Source of the DNA: an uncultured Saprospiraceae bacterium
Lineage (GTDB): Bacteria > Bacteroidota > Bacteroidia > Chitinophagales > Saprospiraceae
Assembly (NCBI GenBank): GCA_937929945.1
Contig: CALFUK010000016.1
Location: 9,379-73,378 of the forward strand
Reading direction: 5' to 3'
Length of the DNA stretch: 64,000 nt
Under the pieces are notes generated by a model. That model had not been told where the DNA came from, searched no databases, and saw only the letters and a program-made list of their open reading frames with translations. Position numbers and translations under genes: made by a program. This document shows positions 18,306 through 28,843 of the stretch, one piece after another; positions within the stretch are counted from its first letter, which is position 1; the number at the start of each line of letters is the position of its first letter.

Positions 18306-21287
18306 ATGAAAAAAGCATTTCTACTGATCATCTGCTGCCTCTCAGCTCATATGGCTGATTCTCAGATATCCAACGTCCTGCAATACAGAAATATAGGTCC
18401 GACCAGAGGTGGAAGAGTCACGGCTGTGGCTGGGGTAACCACGCACCCTGACACCTACTACATGGGTGCCACAGGAGGAGGTGTTTGGAAGACGGAAGAT
18501 TACGGCACAAGCTGGAAAAATATTTCTGACGGATTTTTTGCGACACCTTCTATAGGGGCCATCAGAGTCCACCAAGACAATCCTGATATCATCTATGTAG
18601 GTACCGGCACAGATGGCCTTAGAAGTAATATCATTTCGGGAAAGGGGGTGTATAAATCCGAAGATGCTGGCCAGAGCTGGACCCACATCGGACTGGAAAA
18701 GACGGGGCACATCGGAGCTGTAGAAATACATCCAGATAATCCTGATGTCGTCTTTGTCGCCGCCATCGGAAATGCCTTCGTAGCTAATGAGGAGCGAGGC
18801 ATCTATAAGACCATGGATGGCGGCCAAAGCTGGGAGAAAGTCCTATATCTATCTGATCGCACCGGCTTCTCTGATTTGGAGTTTCATCCCACTAATCCTG
18901 ATATAATATACGCCGGAGCTTGGCAGGCGCAGCGCACGCCCTGGACCATCATCTCTGGCGGGACGGAGGGTGGTATCTTCAAGAGTGAGGATGGAGGCAG
19001 CTCGTGGCACCAGTTGGAGCAGGGCCTGCCTGAGGGCATCATAGGAAAGATAGACCTGGCCGTGAGTGCTGCCCAAGCCGACAAGCTCTACGCGCTCATC
19101 GAGGCACCAGAAGGCATTGGCGGGCTGTACAGCTCTGAGATGCAGGGTGATAGCTTCCAGCTTGTCTCTACGAAGAAAGAGCTGCTGGATCGGCCCTTTT
19201 ACTACTGTAATGTCGATGCTGATCCGCAAAATGCAGAAGTCGTTTATGTGAATTCCACCAGGTTCTTCAAGTCGACCAATGGTGGGAAAGATTGGAAAAA
19301 AATAAGTACACCTCATGGAGATAATCACGACATGTGGATCAACCCCACGGACTCCATGCTCTGGGTGCAAGGAAATGATGGCGGGGCCAATGTCACCTTC
19401 AACGGAGGTAAAAGCTGGTCCAGCCAAATGAATCAGTCCACTGCTGAACTCTATCAAGTAGATGTGGACGATCAAAATCCATACTGGCTGTACGCTGGTC
19501 AGCAGGATAACTATACGACGATATCAGTACCCAGCAGTGTGCCCTATGGCCTGCAAGCAGGAGGCATCGGATACGTGAGAAATACGGGTGGCTGCGAGAC
19601 TGGTCCTGCAGTGCCTAAGCCTGGTAATCCCGACATCGTCTATTCTAACTGCAAGGGCAGGTTCGGGGTGTATAACAAGAAGACAGGTCAAGAAAAAAGA
19701 TACTACGTAGGCGCGTCTAATATGTATGGCCATAATCCTAAAGACCTGCAATATAGATTTCAGCGCGTATCCCCCATCCACGTATCGCCTCATGATGCTG
19801 ATGTGGTGTATCACTGCTCTCAATTTGTCCATGTGACCAGAGACGAGGGTGAGACCTGGGAGACCATTTCGCCTGATCTGACGGCATTCACAGAGGAGAC
19901 GCAGGTGATCTCAGGATCGCCTATCACCAGGGACATCACGGGAGAAGAATTCTACAGTACCATCTACGCCATCAGAGAGTCTGCGATAAGCCAAGGGCTG
20001 ATCTGGGTGGGGGCTAATGATGGCCCTGTGCATGTCACTAAAAATGGTGGGTCAGACTGGACAGATGTCACACCCGAGATGGAGGGCGGCGGCCGCGTGG
20101 ACTGTGTCGAGCCATCCACACACCGACCCGAGAAGGCCTACGTCAGCATATTGCGCTATCAGCTGGGTGACTGGTCACCGTATATTTATAAGACAGATAA
20201 TTATGGTGCTGAATGGACACTCATCACAGAGGGCATCCCAACGGACTATCCTGTACGTGTCGTCAGAGAGGACCCACAAGTCGAGGGCCTGCTTTATGCT
20301 GGCACGGAGTACGGCATGTATATTTCCTATGATGACGGAGCGCACTGGGAGAGCTTCCAGCAGAACCTACCCGTGACGCCCATCACCGATATCAAGGTAC
20401 ATCAGCATGATCTGGTATTATCCACGATGGGCAGAGGCTTCTGGATCATGGATAATCTGACACCTCTCTATGATGAGCTCTCTACGGACAAAGACATTGT
20501 CATGTTTAAGCCGAAAGATCAATACAGAAAAAGGTATCGAGGGACAAACAAAAAGTCGGTTCCTTATTATCCATCAGCTTCTGTGGACATTGATTATTAC
20601 CTTCCGGAGGATAGCCCAAAGCAAATCCGACTGGACATACGGAATGAGGCTGGAAAGATCATCAGAACCTTCTTCAGCCAAGTCGAAAAAACGGATGACG
20701 AGGATAAAGAAGCAGAACGAGATATGGCTACCGGTTTCATTGAAGAAGGTATGACGGCTGCGCTGAAGACCACTAAGGGAAGCCATAGGTTTCACTGGGA
20801 TATGAGGCATGCAGGCCCATGGGATGCCAAAGCGTCGAAGGCGTATAAGAGTGGTCCATTAGTCAGTCCTGGTAGTTACTCTGCCAGACTTACTGTAGGT
20901 GGTGACATAGAAGAACAGTCCTTTGAAATTATGGCTGATCAAAATGTATTGGACAGTGGTGTGAGTCTTATGGATATAAAAGGACAGGAGGAGCTTGCGC
21001 TCAACATAGTATCACTCATCAACAAAGCAAAAAGACAACTCCATCAGCAAGAGGAGAATCTGAAAAAATTAAAAGCTGATGAGAAGAAGGATGCTGATAA
21101 GCATGTTGCTACAGAAGCCATCATCGCTAAGCTAAAGACACCCAAAGGCAGGTATCAGCAGCCAGCGCTCATAGATCAGATGTCATACTTGTACTCGATG
21201 CTAAAGCAAGCGGACCAGAAGCCTGGGCAAGACGCTTACAAACGATTCACTGCTCTGTCTGACCAATACAATGCATTGATGCAATAA
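18306..21287 (+). CDS. Secreted BNR/Asp-box repeat protein, sortilin/Vps10-like (often annotated glycosyl hydrolase BNR repeat)
   Basis: Signal peptide. Many S-x-D-x-G-x-(S/T)-W Asp-box repeats (TEDYGTSWK, SEDAGQSW, TMDGGQSWE, SEDGGSSWH, TNGGKDWK, TRDEGETWE, KNGGSDWT, TDNYGAEWT). Confidence 0.75.
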   Translation: MKKAFLLIICCLSAHMADSQISNVLQYRNIGPTRGGRVTAVAGVTTHPDTYYMGATGGGVWKTEDYGTSWKNISDGFFATPSIGAIRVHQDNPDIIYVGTGTDGLRSNIISGKGVYKSEDAGQSWTHIGLEKTGHIGAVEIHPDNPDVVFVAAIGNAFVANEERGIYKTMDGGQSWEKVLYLSDRTGFSDLEFHPTNPDIIYAGAWQAQRTPWTIISGGTEGGIFKSEDGGSSWHQLEQGLPEGIIGKIDLAVSAAQADKLYALIEAPEGIGGLYSSEMQGDSFQLVSTKKELLDRPFYYCNVDADPQNAEVVYVNSTRFFKSTNGGKDWKKISTPHGDNHDMWINPTDSMLWVQGNDGGANVTFNGGKSWSSQMNQSTAELYQVDVDDQNPYWLYAGQQDNYTTISVPSSVPYGLQAGGIGYVRNTGGCETGPAVPKPGNPDIVYSNCKGRFGVYNKKTGQEKRYYVGASNMYGHNPKDLQYRFQRVSPIHVSPHDADVVYHCSQFVHVTRDEGETWETISPDLTAFTEETQVISGSPITRDITGEEFYSTIYAIRESAISQGLIWVGANDGPVHVTKNGGSDWTDVTPEMEGGGRVDCVEPSTHRPEKAYVSILRYQLGDWSPYIYKTDNYGAEWTLITEGIPTDYPVRVVREDPQVEGLLYAGTEYGMYISYDDGAHWESFQQNLPVTPITDIKVHQHDLVLSTMGRGFWIMDNLTPLYDELSTDKDIVMFKPKDQYRKRYRGTNKKSVPYYPSASVDIDYYLPEDSPKQIRLDIRNEAGKIIRTFFSQVEKTDDEDKEAERDMATGFIEEGMTAALKTTKGSHRFHWDMRHAGPWDAKASKAYKSGPLVSPGSYSARLTVGGDIEEQSFEIMADQNVLDSGVSLMDIKGQEELALNIVSLINKAKRQLHQQEENLKKLKADEKKDADKHVATEAIIAKLKTPKGRYQQPALIDQMSYLYSMLKQADQKPGQDAYKRFTALSDQYNALMQ

Positions 21288-21359
21288 ATCTATAATCACT
21301 AATTAACCAGCTAGATGCTGGACAAAAAATCACTACCCGATCGACATTCAGGTATAAAA

Positions 21360-22265
21360 ATGAATCTTATGAAAAATCTAATTCTCTCTATCATGTGCTT
21401 CGGTGTGTTAATAGCCTGTAAGCATGATCACCCACATGCACCGGATGGCAGTCATATCTCTGCTGACGGAGGCGACGGTCACAGCGGACATGACCATGGC
21501 GATGAGCACTCACATGATACCCACGATCATAATGGGCACAGCCACGATGATGGGCATGACCACAGTGGGCACGAGCATGATGCACACGATCACGAGGGGC
21601 ACAGTCACAGTGACCAGAGCTCTTCGCACAATGCACTTTCAGCGCAAGAAAAATCAGAAGGCTGGACCTTACTATTCGACGGTCAAAAGATAAATGAGTG
21701 GACTGGCTACAAGTCAGGCATCAGCTCTAAATGGACCGTGAGTGATGGTACGATCTACTTTAACCCTAAGGCTGATGGAGCAGAAGGAGATATCCTCACC
21801 AAGAAGGAGTATGAGGATTTTGAGTTAGTGCTGGACTGGAAAATATCTAACTGTGGCAACAGTGGTATTTTTTGGAATGTGGTCCAGGATGAGCGTTTTG
21901 ATCGGACCTATCAATCTGCGCCTGAGATGCAAATATTAGATAACAAGTGCCACCCAGATGCAAAAATCCAGAAACACAAAGCAGGTGATTTGTATGATCT
22001 AATCGAGACCAGTAGCATGACTGTCAAGCCAGCGATGGAGTGGAATTCTATCAGAATCGTATCGAAAGATAGTCACTACCAGTTCTACCAAAATGGTGTC
22101 AAGGTGGTAGAGTTTACCATGCATGATGAGAACTGGGACAAGATGATTGCTGATAGTAAATTCAAGCAGTGGCCTGGTTTCGGTGAGGCGAAGCGTGGTC
22201 ACTTAGCTTTACAAGATCACGACGATGAAGTATGGTTTAGAAATATAAAGATCAGGGAGATATAA
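21360..22265 (+). CDS. Lipoprotein with His-rich low-complexity region + DUF1080 (3-keto-disaccharide hydrolase-like) domain
   Basis: Lipobox LIAC. About 60-aa HxHD/GHSHD repeats. C-terminal WTLLFDGQKINEWTGY...LTKKEYEDFELVLDWKIS..GNSGIFW typical of PF06439. Track start 21315; Met at about 21360 is preferred. Confidence 0.65.
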   Translation: MNLMKNLILSIMCFGVLIACKHDHPHAPDGSHISADGGDGHSGHDHGDEHSHDTHDHNGHSHDDGHDHSGHEHDAHDHEGHSHSDQSSSHNALSAQEKSEGWTLLFDGQKINEWTGYKSGISSKWTVSDGTIYFNPKADGAEGDILTKKEYEDFELVLDWKISNCGNSGIFWNVVQDERFDRTYQSAPEMQILDNKCHPDAKIQKHKAGDLYDLIETSSMTVKPAMEWNSIRIVSKDSHYQFYQNGVKVVEFTMHDENWDKMIADSKFKQWPGFGEAKRGHLALQDHDDEVWFRNIKIREI

Positions 22266-22426
22266 GCATGTCTGGGCGAATACTGTTGTTGGATTATGCT
22301 AGGTGTCCTTTCACTGAGTACAGCTGACTATCATGGCATCTTGATTGTGTGCACTCGAGTAGCAGCCGTTCAATCTATGAACGGATAAAGAAAGCGGTTC
22401 CTACTAATAGTCGCAGCGAATTAAAT

Positions 22427-22536
22427 CACACTATAAGAACGAAAATCGTGAATAATTACACATTTTAAGAACGAATAATGTGAATAATTACACATTTTAG
22501 GAACGAATAGTGTGAATAATTACACATTTTGGAAAC
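22427..22536. repeat. 3.4 tandem copies of a 32-bp unit GAACGAAWANNGTGAATAATTACACATTTTRR with inverted-repeat core TGTGAATAATTACACA
   Basis: Read directly: copies at about 22427-22458, 22459-22490, 22491-22522, partial 22523-22536. Ends about 34 nt before the ATG of the DUF4143 ATPase gene. Confidence 0.8.
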
Positions 22537-22569
22537 GAATCATCAGAAAATATTGTACAGTCTATCGTA

Positions 22570-23901
22570 ATGGACTTTAAGAGAGAAGCATTCGGACAGT
22601 TGCAAGCGTGGAAATCTAAAGCGCGACGAAAGCCCTTGCTACTGATGGGTGCTCGTCAGATAGGCAAGACCACCTTGCTCAAGGCTTTTGGTGACTCAGA
22701 ATATGAGCAACTTATCTACCTGAACCTAGAGCGGCAGCCAGAAGTGCATGCCTTTTTCACGGGCAGCAAGGACCCTAAATCCATACTGGATAAAATAGCC
22801 TTATTGCAAGGTCAGGAGATCAATGAGCACAGCAGTCTGCTGGTGATTGATGAGATCCAAGAGTGTAGAGACGCTCTGATCGCCCTCAAGTATTTTCAAG
22901 AAGAAATGCCAGAGATCCACATCATTGGGGCTGGCTCGCTTTTAGGACTGAGCCTGGGCAATAATCGATCCTTCCCCGTGGGCAAAGTGGAATTCTTGGA
23001 CATGTATCCGCTATCATTTTCTGAGTATTTGGCAGAGGCTGATCCTAAACTTTACCAAGCGTTTCATCATTATTTAGACACTGATGAACTGGAGCAGATA
23101 CCAGAGGCTTTCTTTCACCCCATGAATCAGGTATTCAAAGAATTTCTTCTTTTTGGAGGGATGCCAGAGGTGGCAGCGCTCTATCTCAATTCCAGGCATG
23201 TCTCAGAGGCACAGCAGGTGCAAGATCAAATCCTGAGGGCTTATGAGCTGGACTTCGTCAAGCACGCTGATAAGACGACGTCTACAAAAATCCAGCAGAC
23301 CTGGAATTCTATCCCCTCCCAGCTGGGCAAAGAAAATAAGAAATTCATCTACAAAGTGATACGCTCAGGGGCCAGGGCCAGAGAATACGAAGAAGCCATC
23401 CAGTGGCTGGTCCAGGCAGGACTTGTCTACAAGGTAGCGAGAGTAGAGAAAGCGGGCGTGCCACTCAAAGCCTATGAAGATGTTACAGCATTCAAACTGT
23501 ATCTATTTGAGACTAGTCTTCTGATTCGGCTGGCGGGTTTGGATCCAAAGACCTTCATTCAGGGAGATCAATTTTTTACAGAATTCAAGGGTGCTCTGGC
23601 AGAAAACTATGCAGCCCAAGCACTCCGGCGAACACTGGGACATGCTCCATACTATTGGACATCAGAAGGTAAGGCAGAAGTAGATTACGCCATAGAGCAG
23701 AGCGGGCTCTGTATTCCAGTAGAGGTGAAATCTGGTACAAATACAAAAGCAAAAAGTCTGGTAACTTACAGAACAAAGTATGACCCAAAAGTCAGCATCA
23801 GGATATCGAATCAGAATCTGGAGCTGAGGGATGGTCTGCTCAGTATCCCGCTCTTCTACGCGGAGCACTGCGACAGGATGATCAAAAAAGTATTAGGCTA
23901 A
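22570..23901 (+). CDS. AAA+ ATPase, AAA_14 + DUF4143 (COG1373) family, second paralog
   Basis: Walker A GARQIGKTT, Walker B LLVIDEIQ. C-terminal EVDYAI...IPVEVKSG resembling PD-(D/E)xK. Confidence 0.75.
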   Translation: MDFKREAFGQLQAWKSKARRKPLLLMGARQIGKTTLLKAFGDSEYEQLIYLNLERQPEVHAFFTGSKDPKSILDKIALLQGQEINEHSSLLVIDEIQECRDALIALKYFQEEMPEIHIIGAGSLLGLSLGNNRSFPVGKVEFLDMYPLSFSEYLAEADPKLYQAFHHYLDTDELEQIPEAFFHPMNQVFKEFLLFGGMPEVAALYLNSRHVSEAQQVQDQILRAYELDFVKHADKTTSTKIQQTWNSIPSQLGKENKKFIYKVIRSGARAREYEEAIQWLVQAGLVYKVARVEKAGVPLKAYEDVTAFKLYLFETSLLIRLAGLDPKTFIQGDQFFTEFKGALAENYAAQALRRTLGHAPYYWTSEGKAEVDYAIEQSGLCIPVEVKSGTNTKAKSLVTYRTKYDPKVSIRISNQNLELRDGLLSIPLFYAEHCDRMIKKVLG

Positions 23902-23977
23902 GATGGTCCTCCATTCTCTACACACAAGGATTCTAAATATGAGGCAATTATTTCTACCGTATGATTGTTAGCAAAGT

Positions 23978-24448
23978 ATGCATAAGTTCGCCATGGTTCT
24001 GATATTTCTTTTAGCGGGAGCTGCTCATGTCCAAGCACAGGAGAAAGCTCCAGCGTTCAGCTTTCATCATGTAGATGGCCAGTCGGCCTCACTCTCAGAT
24101 CTGAGAGGAGAGGTGCTCTACCTCAGCTTTTGGGCCAGCTGGTGTAAGCCTTGTATCGTGAACTTTGAGAAGTATGAGCAGACTCGCGATCGGTTACAGG
24201 AGATGGGTATCACCTTGCTCAATGTCAACATTGACCAATCAGAAGAGAAGTGGAAGCAGGCTATGGAGACACACCATATCAATGGAATACACGTCAGAGG
24301 ACAGGACCTGGATTCGCTGCAGTCGCTGTATCAGCTTTATTCCATACCCAGCTATGAGATCATCAATAAAAGAGGCGAATTCGTCTATCTCTCAGATGGT
24401 GGCAGCCGTGATATTTTTCAAGAGTTTGAGGTTTGGATGAAAGAATAA
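23978..24448 (+). CDS. TlpA-like thioredoxin-fold thiol-disulfide oxidoreductase (secreted)
   Basis: Signal peptide. WASWCKPC redox motif. Confidence 0.8.
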   Translation: MHKFAMVLIFLLAGAAHVQAQEKAPAFSFHHVDGQSASLSDLRGEVLYLSFWASWCKPCIVNFEKYEQTRDRLQEMGITLLNVNIDQSEEKWKQAMETHHINGIHVRGQDLDSLQSLYQLYSIPSYEIINKRGEFVYLSDGGSRDIFQEFEVWMKE

Positions 24449-24615
24449 AGCCCGCAATTCTTGGCGACTGCGAGCTTTATTGCACATGAAAAACTATCTA
24501 CGACGAAGATAAGCGACACACAGGGGCTAAAACAATCGCTATTTTTAGGGATTTTTCTTCTTTAGATTTGAGTTGTAATAAGTAATTTATTCATACGCGA
24601 AAATTCAACTCTCAC

Positions 24616-25689
24616 GTGATTAACGAATTCATAGCTAACTGGCTCAACCTCATTATTACCACATTTTTCTTTGTCGTCCTCTATTTGGTTGTCAAGATAT
24701 TGATGTCTCGCCAGTCCAAAGGAAAGACTGATTTTTCCATTATAAAATCGATTACTCTCTTTACGATTGCTCTGATTGGTATCGTGGCCATTGTACTAGC
24801 CATACCGATGTCTAGTGATACAAAAGGCCAGATTACCAGCCTGATCGGCATCGTGCTTTCTGCGGTATTTGCATTAAGTTCAGCTACATTCATCGGTAAT
24901 GGCTTAGCAGGTATCATGATGCGCGCCATTAATAATTTTAAACCTGGAGACTTCATCTCTGTAGGCGATCATTTTGGCAGAATCTCAGAGAGGGGCCTCT
25001 TCCATACCGAAATCCAAACGGAGAATCGAGACCTGACTACCCTACCTAATTTATTCTTGGCTACGAATCCTGTCAAGGTCACCAGGGCTTCAGGATCCTT
25101 CGTGTCTTCAGAAGTGTCTCTGGGCTATGACGTGTCCAGGATTACTGTAGAGAGCAAACTCTTAGAAGCGGCCAAATCTGCTGGACTGACGGATCCATTT
25201 GTCCACATCACAGGGCTGGGTGACTTTTCAGTGGTCTACAAAGTACACGGCCTACTCAGTGATGTCAGAACCTTGCTCACTGCTAAGTCCAAGCTGAATG
25301 CCATGGTCCTAGATCACCTGCACAATGCAGGCATAGAAATCATGTCGCCCACCTTTGTCGGCCAGCGCCAGGTGAATGAAATAGAGTTCATTCCGCAGAA
25401 AGCCAGGCACACTGAGCTAAAACAATTAGAAAAAGATGTGAAGGCATCAAGAAAGGCAGAAGAGCTGATATTTGATAAGGCAGAAGAAGCAGAATCCATC
25501 GAGCGGCGCAAAGAAAACGTAGAAAACATTGACAAGAAAATCGCAGTCCTACAAACGGAGATTCAAGAATGTGAAACCGATGAAGGCAAAGAGAGACTGA
25601 AAGAAAAAATAGCCAATCTAAAATTGGTTAAAGACAAAATACAAACCAAGATCGTAGAGAAAGCTGAGGAAATCAGCCAGAAGGAATGA
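24616..25689 (+). CDS. Mechanosensitive ion channel family protein (MscS-like) with K/E-rich coiled-coil C-terminal tail
   Basis: TM helices then MS_channel beta-domain (GDFISVGDHFGRISERGLFHTEIQTENRDLTTLPN). About 90-aa charged tail. Confidence 0.7.
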   Translation: MINEFIANWLNLIITTFFFVVLYLVVKILMSRQSKGKTDFSIIKSITLFTIALIGIVAIVLAIPMSSDTKGQITSLIGIVLSAVFALSSATFIGNGLAGIMMRAINNFKPGDFISVGDHFGRISERGLFHTEIQTENRDLTTLPNLFLATNPVKVTRASGSFVSSEVSLGYDVSRITVESKLLEAAKSAGLTDPFVHITGLGDFSVVYKVHGLLSDVRTLLTAKSKLNAMVLDHLHNAGIEIMSPTFVGQRQVNEIEFIPQKARHTELKQLEKDVKASRKAEELIFDKAEEAESIERRKENVENIDKKIAVLQTEIQECETDEGKERLKEKIANLKLVKDKIQTKIVEKAEEISQKE

Positions 25690-26005
25690 ATTAGCCTTCG
25701 CTCTGTGCAACTGGAATACTGTAAGCCACGGCGTGAGCTGCATTCAATAGGCTAAATAGATATACTTTTTACGCCAAGTTCTGGTATGCTGCAAGATCTT
25801 CCACGATGGGTTGATATGTGTCAAGAATCTCCTGAATCCAGAATTATTAGACTCATCTTGCCCTCCATAAAGTAGACGATGATGGATGTAGATTATATAA
25901 TTCGTATTTTGGATTATCTAATCATAATAATTCACAAACGTCAATGACAGAGATAATTATGTTTAGTTATTTACTGACAGGCATTGTGCCTCGAAATTTT
26001 AACTC

Positions 26006-26479
26006 ATGGAATTAAAGATAAACGGTAAGAACATTCAGGTCGATGTAGAAGAGCAAATGCCTTTACTCTGGGTGCTGCGAGACGAGCTCAATATGACAGG
26101 CACTAAGTACGGCTGTGGTGTAGCAGCTTGCGGAGCCTGCACCTGTCTTGTGGATGGTGTGGCTACGCGTACCTGCACCCTGGCGGTATCATCAGTGGTG
26201 GGCAAAGAGATCAAAACCATCGAGGGCATTGCGTCTGATGGACAGCTCTCAGCCGTGCAGAAAGCCTGGATACAGCACCAAGTGCCTCAGTGTGGCTACT
26301 GCCAGTCAGGACAGATCATAGCGGCAGAATCACTACTGGATGAAAAAGCTAATCCCACTGATGAGGACATAGACCAAGCTATGACTAATATCTGCAGATG
26401 TGGCACGTACCAGAGGGTGAGAGAAGCGATTCATACTGCTGCTATCTGGAGACAAGAAGAAAATTCCCTATTAGGATAA
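26006..26479 (+). CDS. (2Fe-2S)-binding small subunit of molybdopterin oxidoreductase (IorA/aldehyde dehydrogenase small subunit-like)
   Basis: Plant-type ferredoxin CGVAACGACTC and second cluster CGYCQSG...CRCGTY motifs. 157 aa. Confidence 0.85.
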   Translation: MELKINGKNIQVDVEEQMPLLWVLRDELNMTGTKYGCGVAACGACTCLVDGVATRTCTLAVSSVVGKEIKTIEGIASDGQLSAVQKAWIQHQVPQCGYCQSGQIIAAESLLDEKANPTDEDIDQAMTNICRCGTYQRVREAIHTAAIWRQEENSLLG

Positions 26480-26497
26480 GCGTACAAAACACTAACT

Positions 26498-28780
26498 ATG
26501 GCTAATCAAGAAAAAAATAATAAAGAAAGATCAACGGCAGCTAAATGGGGACGGCGCGCTTTTATCGGCGTGGGTGGTCTGGCAGGCGTAGGTCTCCTGG
26601 TCGGAATCGGCGGCACGGTCTACGTCAATAAAAAAATAAAGAAGTATTCTGGGATCGGTATGGGAGAAGGAGATTCTCTCAATGCTTGGATCCGCATTGC
26701 TCCAGATAATACCATCACGCTGGCCGTACCGAGAGCCGAGATGGGGCAGGGTATCTACACCTCTATTCCCCAGATGATAGCTGAAGAACTGGAGGTAGAT
26801 ATGTCCACGATTCAAGTCATCCAGCCACAGCCAGAAGCGCCATACTCCAATACATTCTTACTCACCCAAGAGGCGCCTAATGCATTCAAGGGCTACAGTA
26901 TGATGGAAAAAATCTACGCTGTGCTACCTATAGTCGCTACGGGTGGAAGTACGAGTATCGTAGATGGATTCAATAACATGCGTTATGCTGGCGCCACTGC
27001 CAGAGAGGCACTGAGACAGGCAGCCGCTGCTCGCTGGGATACGGAGCTAAGCAGCTGCAAGGCGGAGAAGGGCTACATCATCAATACAGTAAATGATGAA
27101 AAGCTTAGTTATGGGCAGCTGGCCGAAGCTGCTGCCAGCATAGAGATAAAAGAACTTCCGGAACTGAAAAAGAAGTCAGACTGGAAAGTAATCGGGACAC
27201 CCGTACAGCGCTTAGACATTCCTGAAAAGGTGACTGGCACGGCACAGTTTGGCATAGATGTCAGACCAGATAAGATGCTGTACGCTGCCATGAGGCACCC
27301 GACGACCATAGGAGGTAAAATTACCGCGATCAATAATCAAGAAGACATAGAAAAAAGAGCTGGTGTGGAAAAAGTGGTGTTGACAGAGTACGGCGCTGCG
27401 GTCATAGCAAATAATACATGGCGAGCCAAAAACGCCGCCCTGGCACTTAGGTTAGAAGAAGATTCAGCTGGCAATGAAGAGATCTCTTCTGCGGGCATTT
27501 TGGCGCAGATGAAAGAGGTACTTGGAGAGGCAGCTATAGCCACACCTGAACAAGAAGGAGATGTAGATGCGGTCATCAATGATGAGAATAACACAGTCAT
27601 CGAAAGCCTGTATGAAGTGCCCTATCTGGCACACGCTGCCATGGAGCCGCTGAACTGTACCGTGCTCGTAGACGGTGAGGATGCACAGGTGTGGGTCGGT
27701 CATCAGGGATCATCCATAGCACAAAATTCCGTTAGTGAAGTCACCGGTATCAGTAAGGCTAACATAAAGGTCCACAGCACTTACCTGGGCGGAGGATTCG
27801 GTCGGCGAGCTGAGCCAGACTACGTCAGAAAGGCGGGAGCTATCGCTAAAGAGATGCCAGGCATCCCTATCCAGACGGTATTTACCAGAGAAGAAGACAT
27901 GCGTAATGACATGTATCGGCCGGCTGCTCTCAGTCAGTTTAAAGCAGTAGTCAGTGCTGATGGCGAGATAGCTGCTTGGGATAATAAGATGGCGCTCCAG
28001 TCAGTCAGTAACAGCTCTATGTCACGGATCATGCCTGCCATGGCTGTATCACCTGCCAAGGATGTAGCGACTACTGAAGGAGCAGCACACCTGCCCTACA
28101 TCATGAAAAATAGAAAGGTCTCATTTGGCCAAGTAGACCTACCTATCCAGGTGGGATTCTGGAGATCAGTGGGTAGTTCTCAGAATGCCTTTTTCACGGA
28201 GAGCTTCTTAGATGAGTGCGCCTCCGCATCCGGGCAAGATCCCTATGAATTCAGAAGAAATAAACTCAGTGATCATCCACGATTCAAAGCTGTACTGGAG
28301 AAGGTGGCAGCGATGAGTAACTGGGGTGCACAAGATGGTAAGTACCGAGGCATGGCGCTGCATAAATCATTTGGCTCGATCGTTGGGCAGGTAGCTGAGA
28401 TCTCGAAGCTGGGTGACAAACAATTTTCCATAGACAAATATTACAATGTCATCGACTGTGGTATGTACATCAATCCTGATACCGTAGAAGCGCAGATGGA
28501 AGGCGGCATTGTCTTCGGTCTTTCGGCAGCACTCTACGGAGAGATCACCTGGGACGAGGGCGAGGTGCAGGAGTATAACTTCCCACAGTATGATATGGTG
28601 AGAATGAACGTGTCCCCTAAAATAGAAAACCACATCATGGAGAATGAACATTATCCAGGTGGCGTAGGGGAGCCGGGTACACCACCCGCAGCTCCCGCAC
28701 TGACTAATGCCATATTCGCAGCGACAGGTGAGCGGATCAGGAAGCTACCCATTGTGAAGCAGGGCTGGTCTTTTGCCTAG
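26498..28780 (+). CDS. Molybdopterin-binding large subunit, xanthine dehydrogenase family (IorB-like), Tat-exported
   Basis: Twin-arginine signal GRRAFIGVGGLAGVGLLVG. 760 aa with aldehyde oxidase/xanthine DH-like C-terminus. Confidence 0.8.
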   Translation: MANQEKNNKERSTAAKWGRRAFIGVGGLAGVGLLVGIGGTVYVNKKIKKYSGIGMGEGDSLNAWIRIAPDNTITLAVPRAEMGQGIYTSIPQMIAEELEVDMSTIQVIQPQPEAPYSNTFLLTQEAPNAFKGYSMMEKIYAVLPIVATGGSTSIVDGFNNMRYAGATAREALRQAAAARWDTELSSCKAEKGYIINTVNDEKLSYGQLAEAAASIEIKELPELKKKSDWKVIGTPVQRLDIPEKVTGTAQFGIDVRPDKMLYAAMRHPTTIGGKITAINNQEDIEKRAGVEKVVLTEYGAAVIANNTWRAKNAALALRLEEDSAGNEEISSAGILAQMKEVLGEAAIATPEQEGDVDAVINDENNTVIESLYEVPYLAHAAMEPLNCTVLVDGEDAQVWVGHQGSSIAQNSVSEVTGISKANIKVHSTYLGGGFGRRAEPDYVRKAGAIAKEMPGIPIQTVFTREEDMRNDMYRPAALSQFKAVVSADGEIAAWDNKMALQSVSNSSMSRIMPAMAVSPAKDVATTEGAAHLPYIMKNRKVSFGQVDLPIQVGFWRSVGSSQNAFFTESFLDECASASGQDPYEFRRNKLSDHPRFKAVLEKVAAMSNWGAQDGKYRGMALHKSFGSIVGQVAEISKLGDKQFSIDKYYNVIDCGMYINPDTVEAQMEGGIVFGLSAALYGEITWDEGEVQEYNFPQYDMVRMNVSPKIENHIMENEHYPGGVGEPGTPPAAPALTNAIFAATGERIRKLPIVKQGWSFA

Positions 28781-28806
28781 CAGCCATGAATAAAATAGAA
28801 ATTGAA

Positions 28807-28843
28807 AGGATCAGGTGATAATTTATCTGGTCCTTTTTTATTA
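28807..28843 (+). terminator. Rho-independent terminator after the iorAB-like operon
   Basis: AGGATCAG..(12-nt loop)..CTGGTCCT 8-bp stem followed by TTTTTTATT. Confidence 0.6.

Noticed and set aside
22427-22536. Possible mini-CRISPR array (32-bp period)
   Set aside because: Units are contiguous near-identical repeats with no unique spacers, and no cas genes are nearby. It is a simple tandem repeat/operator array, not CRISPR.
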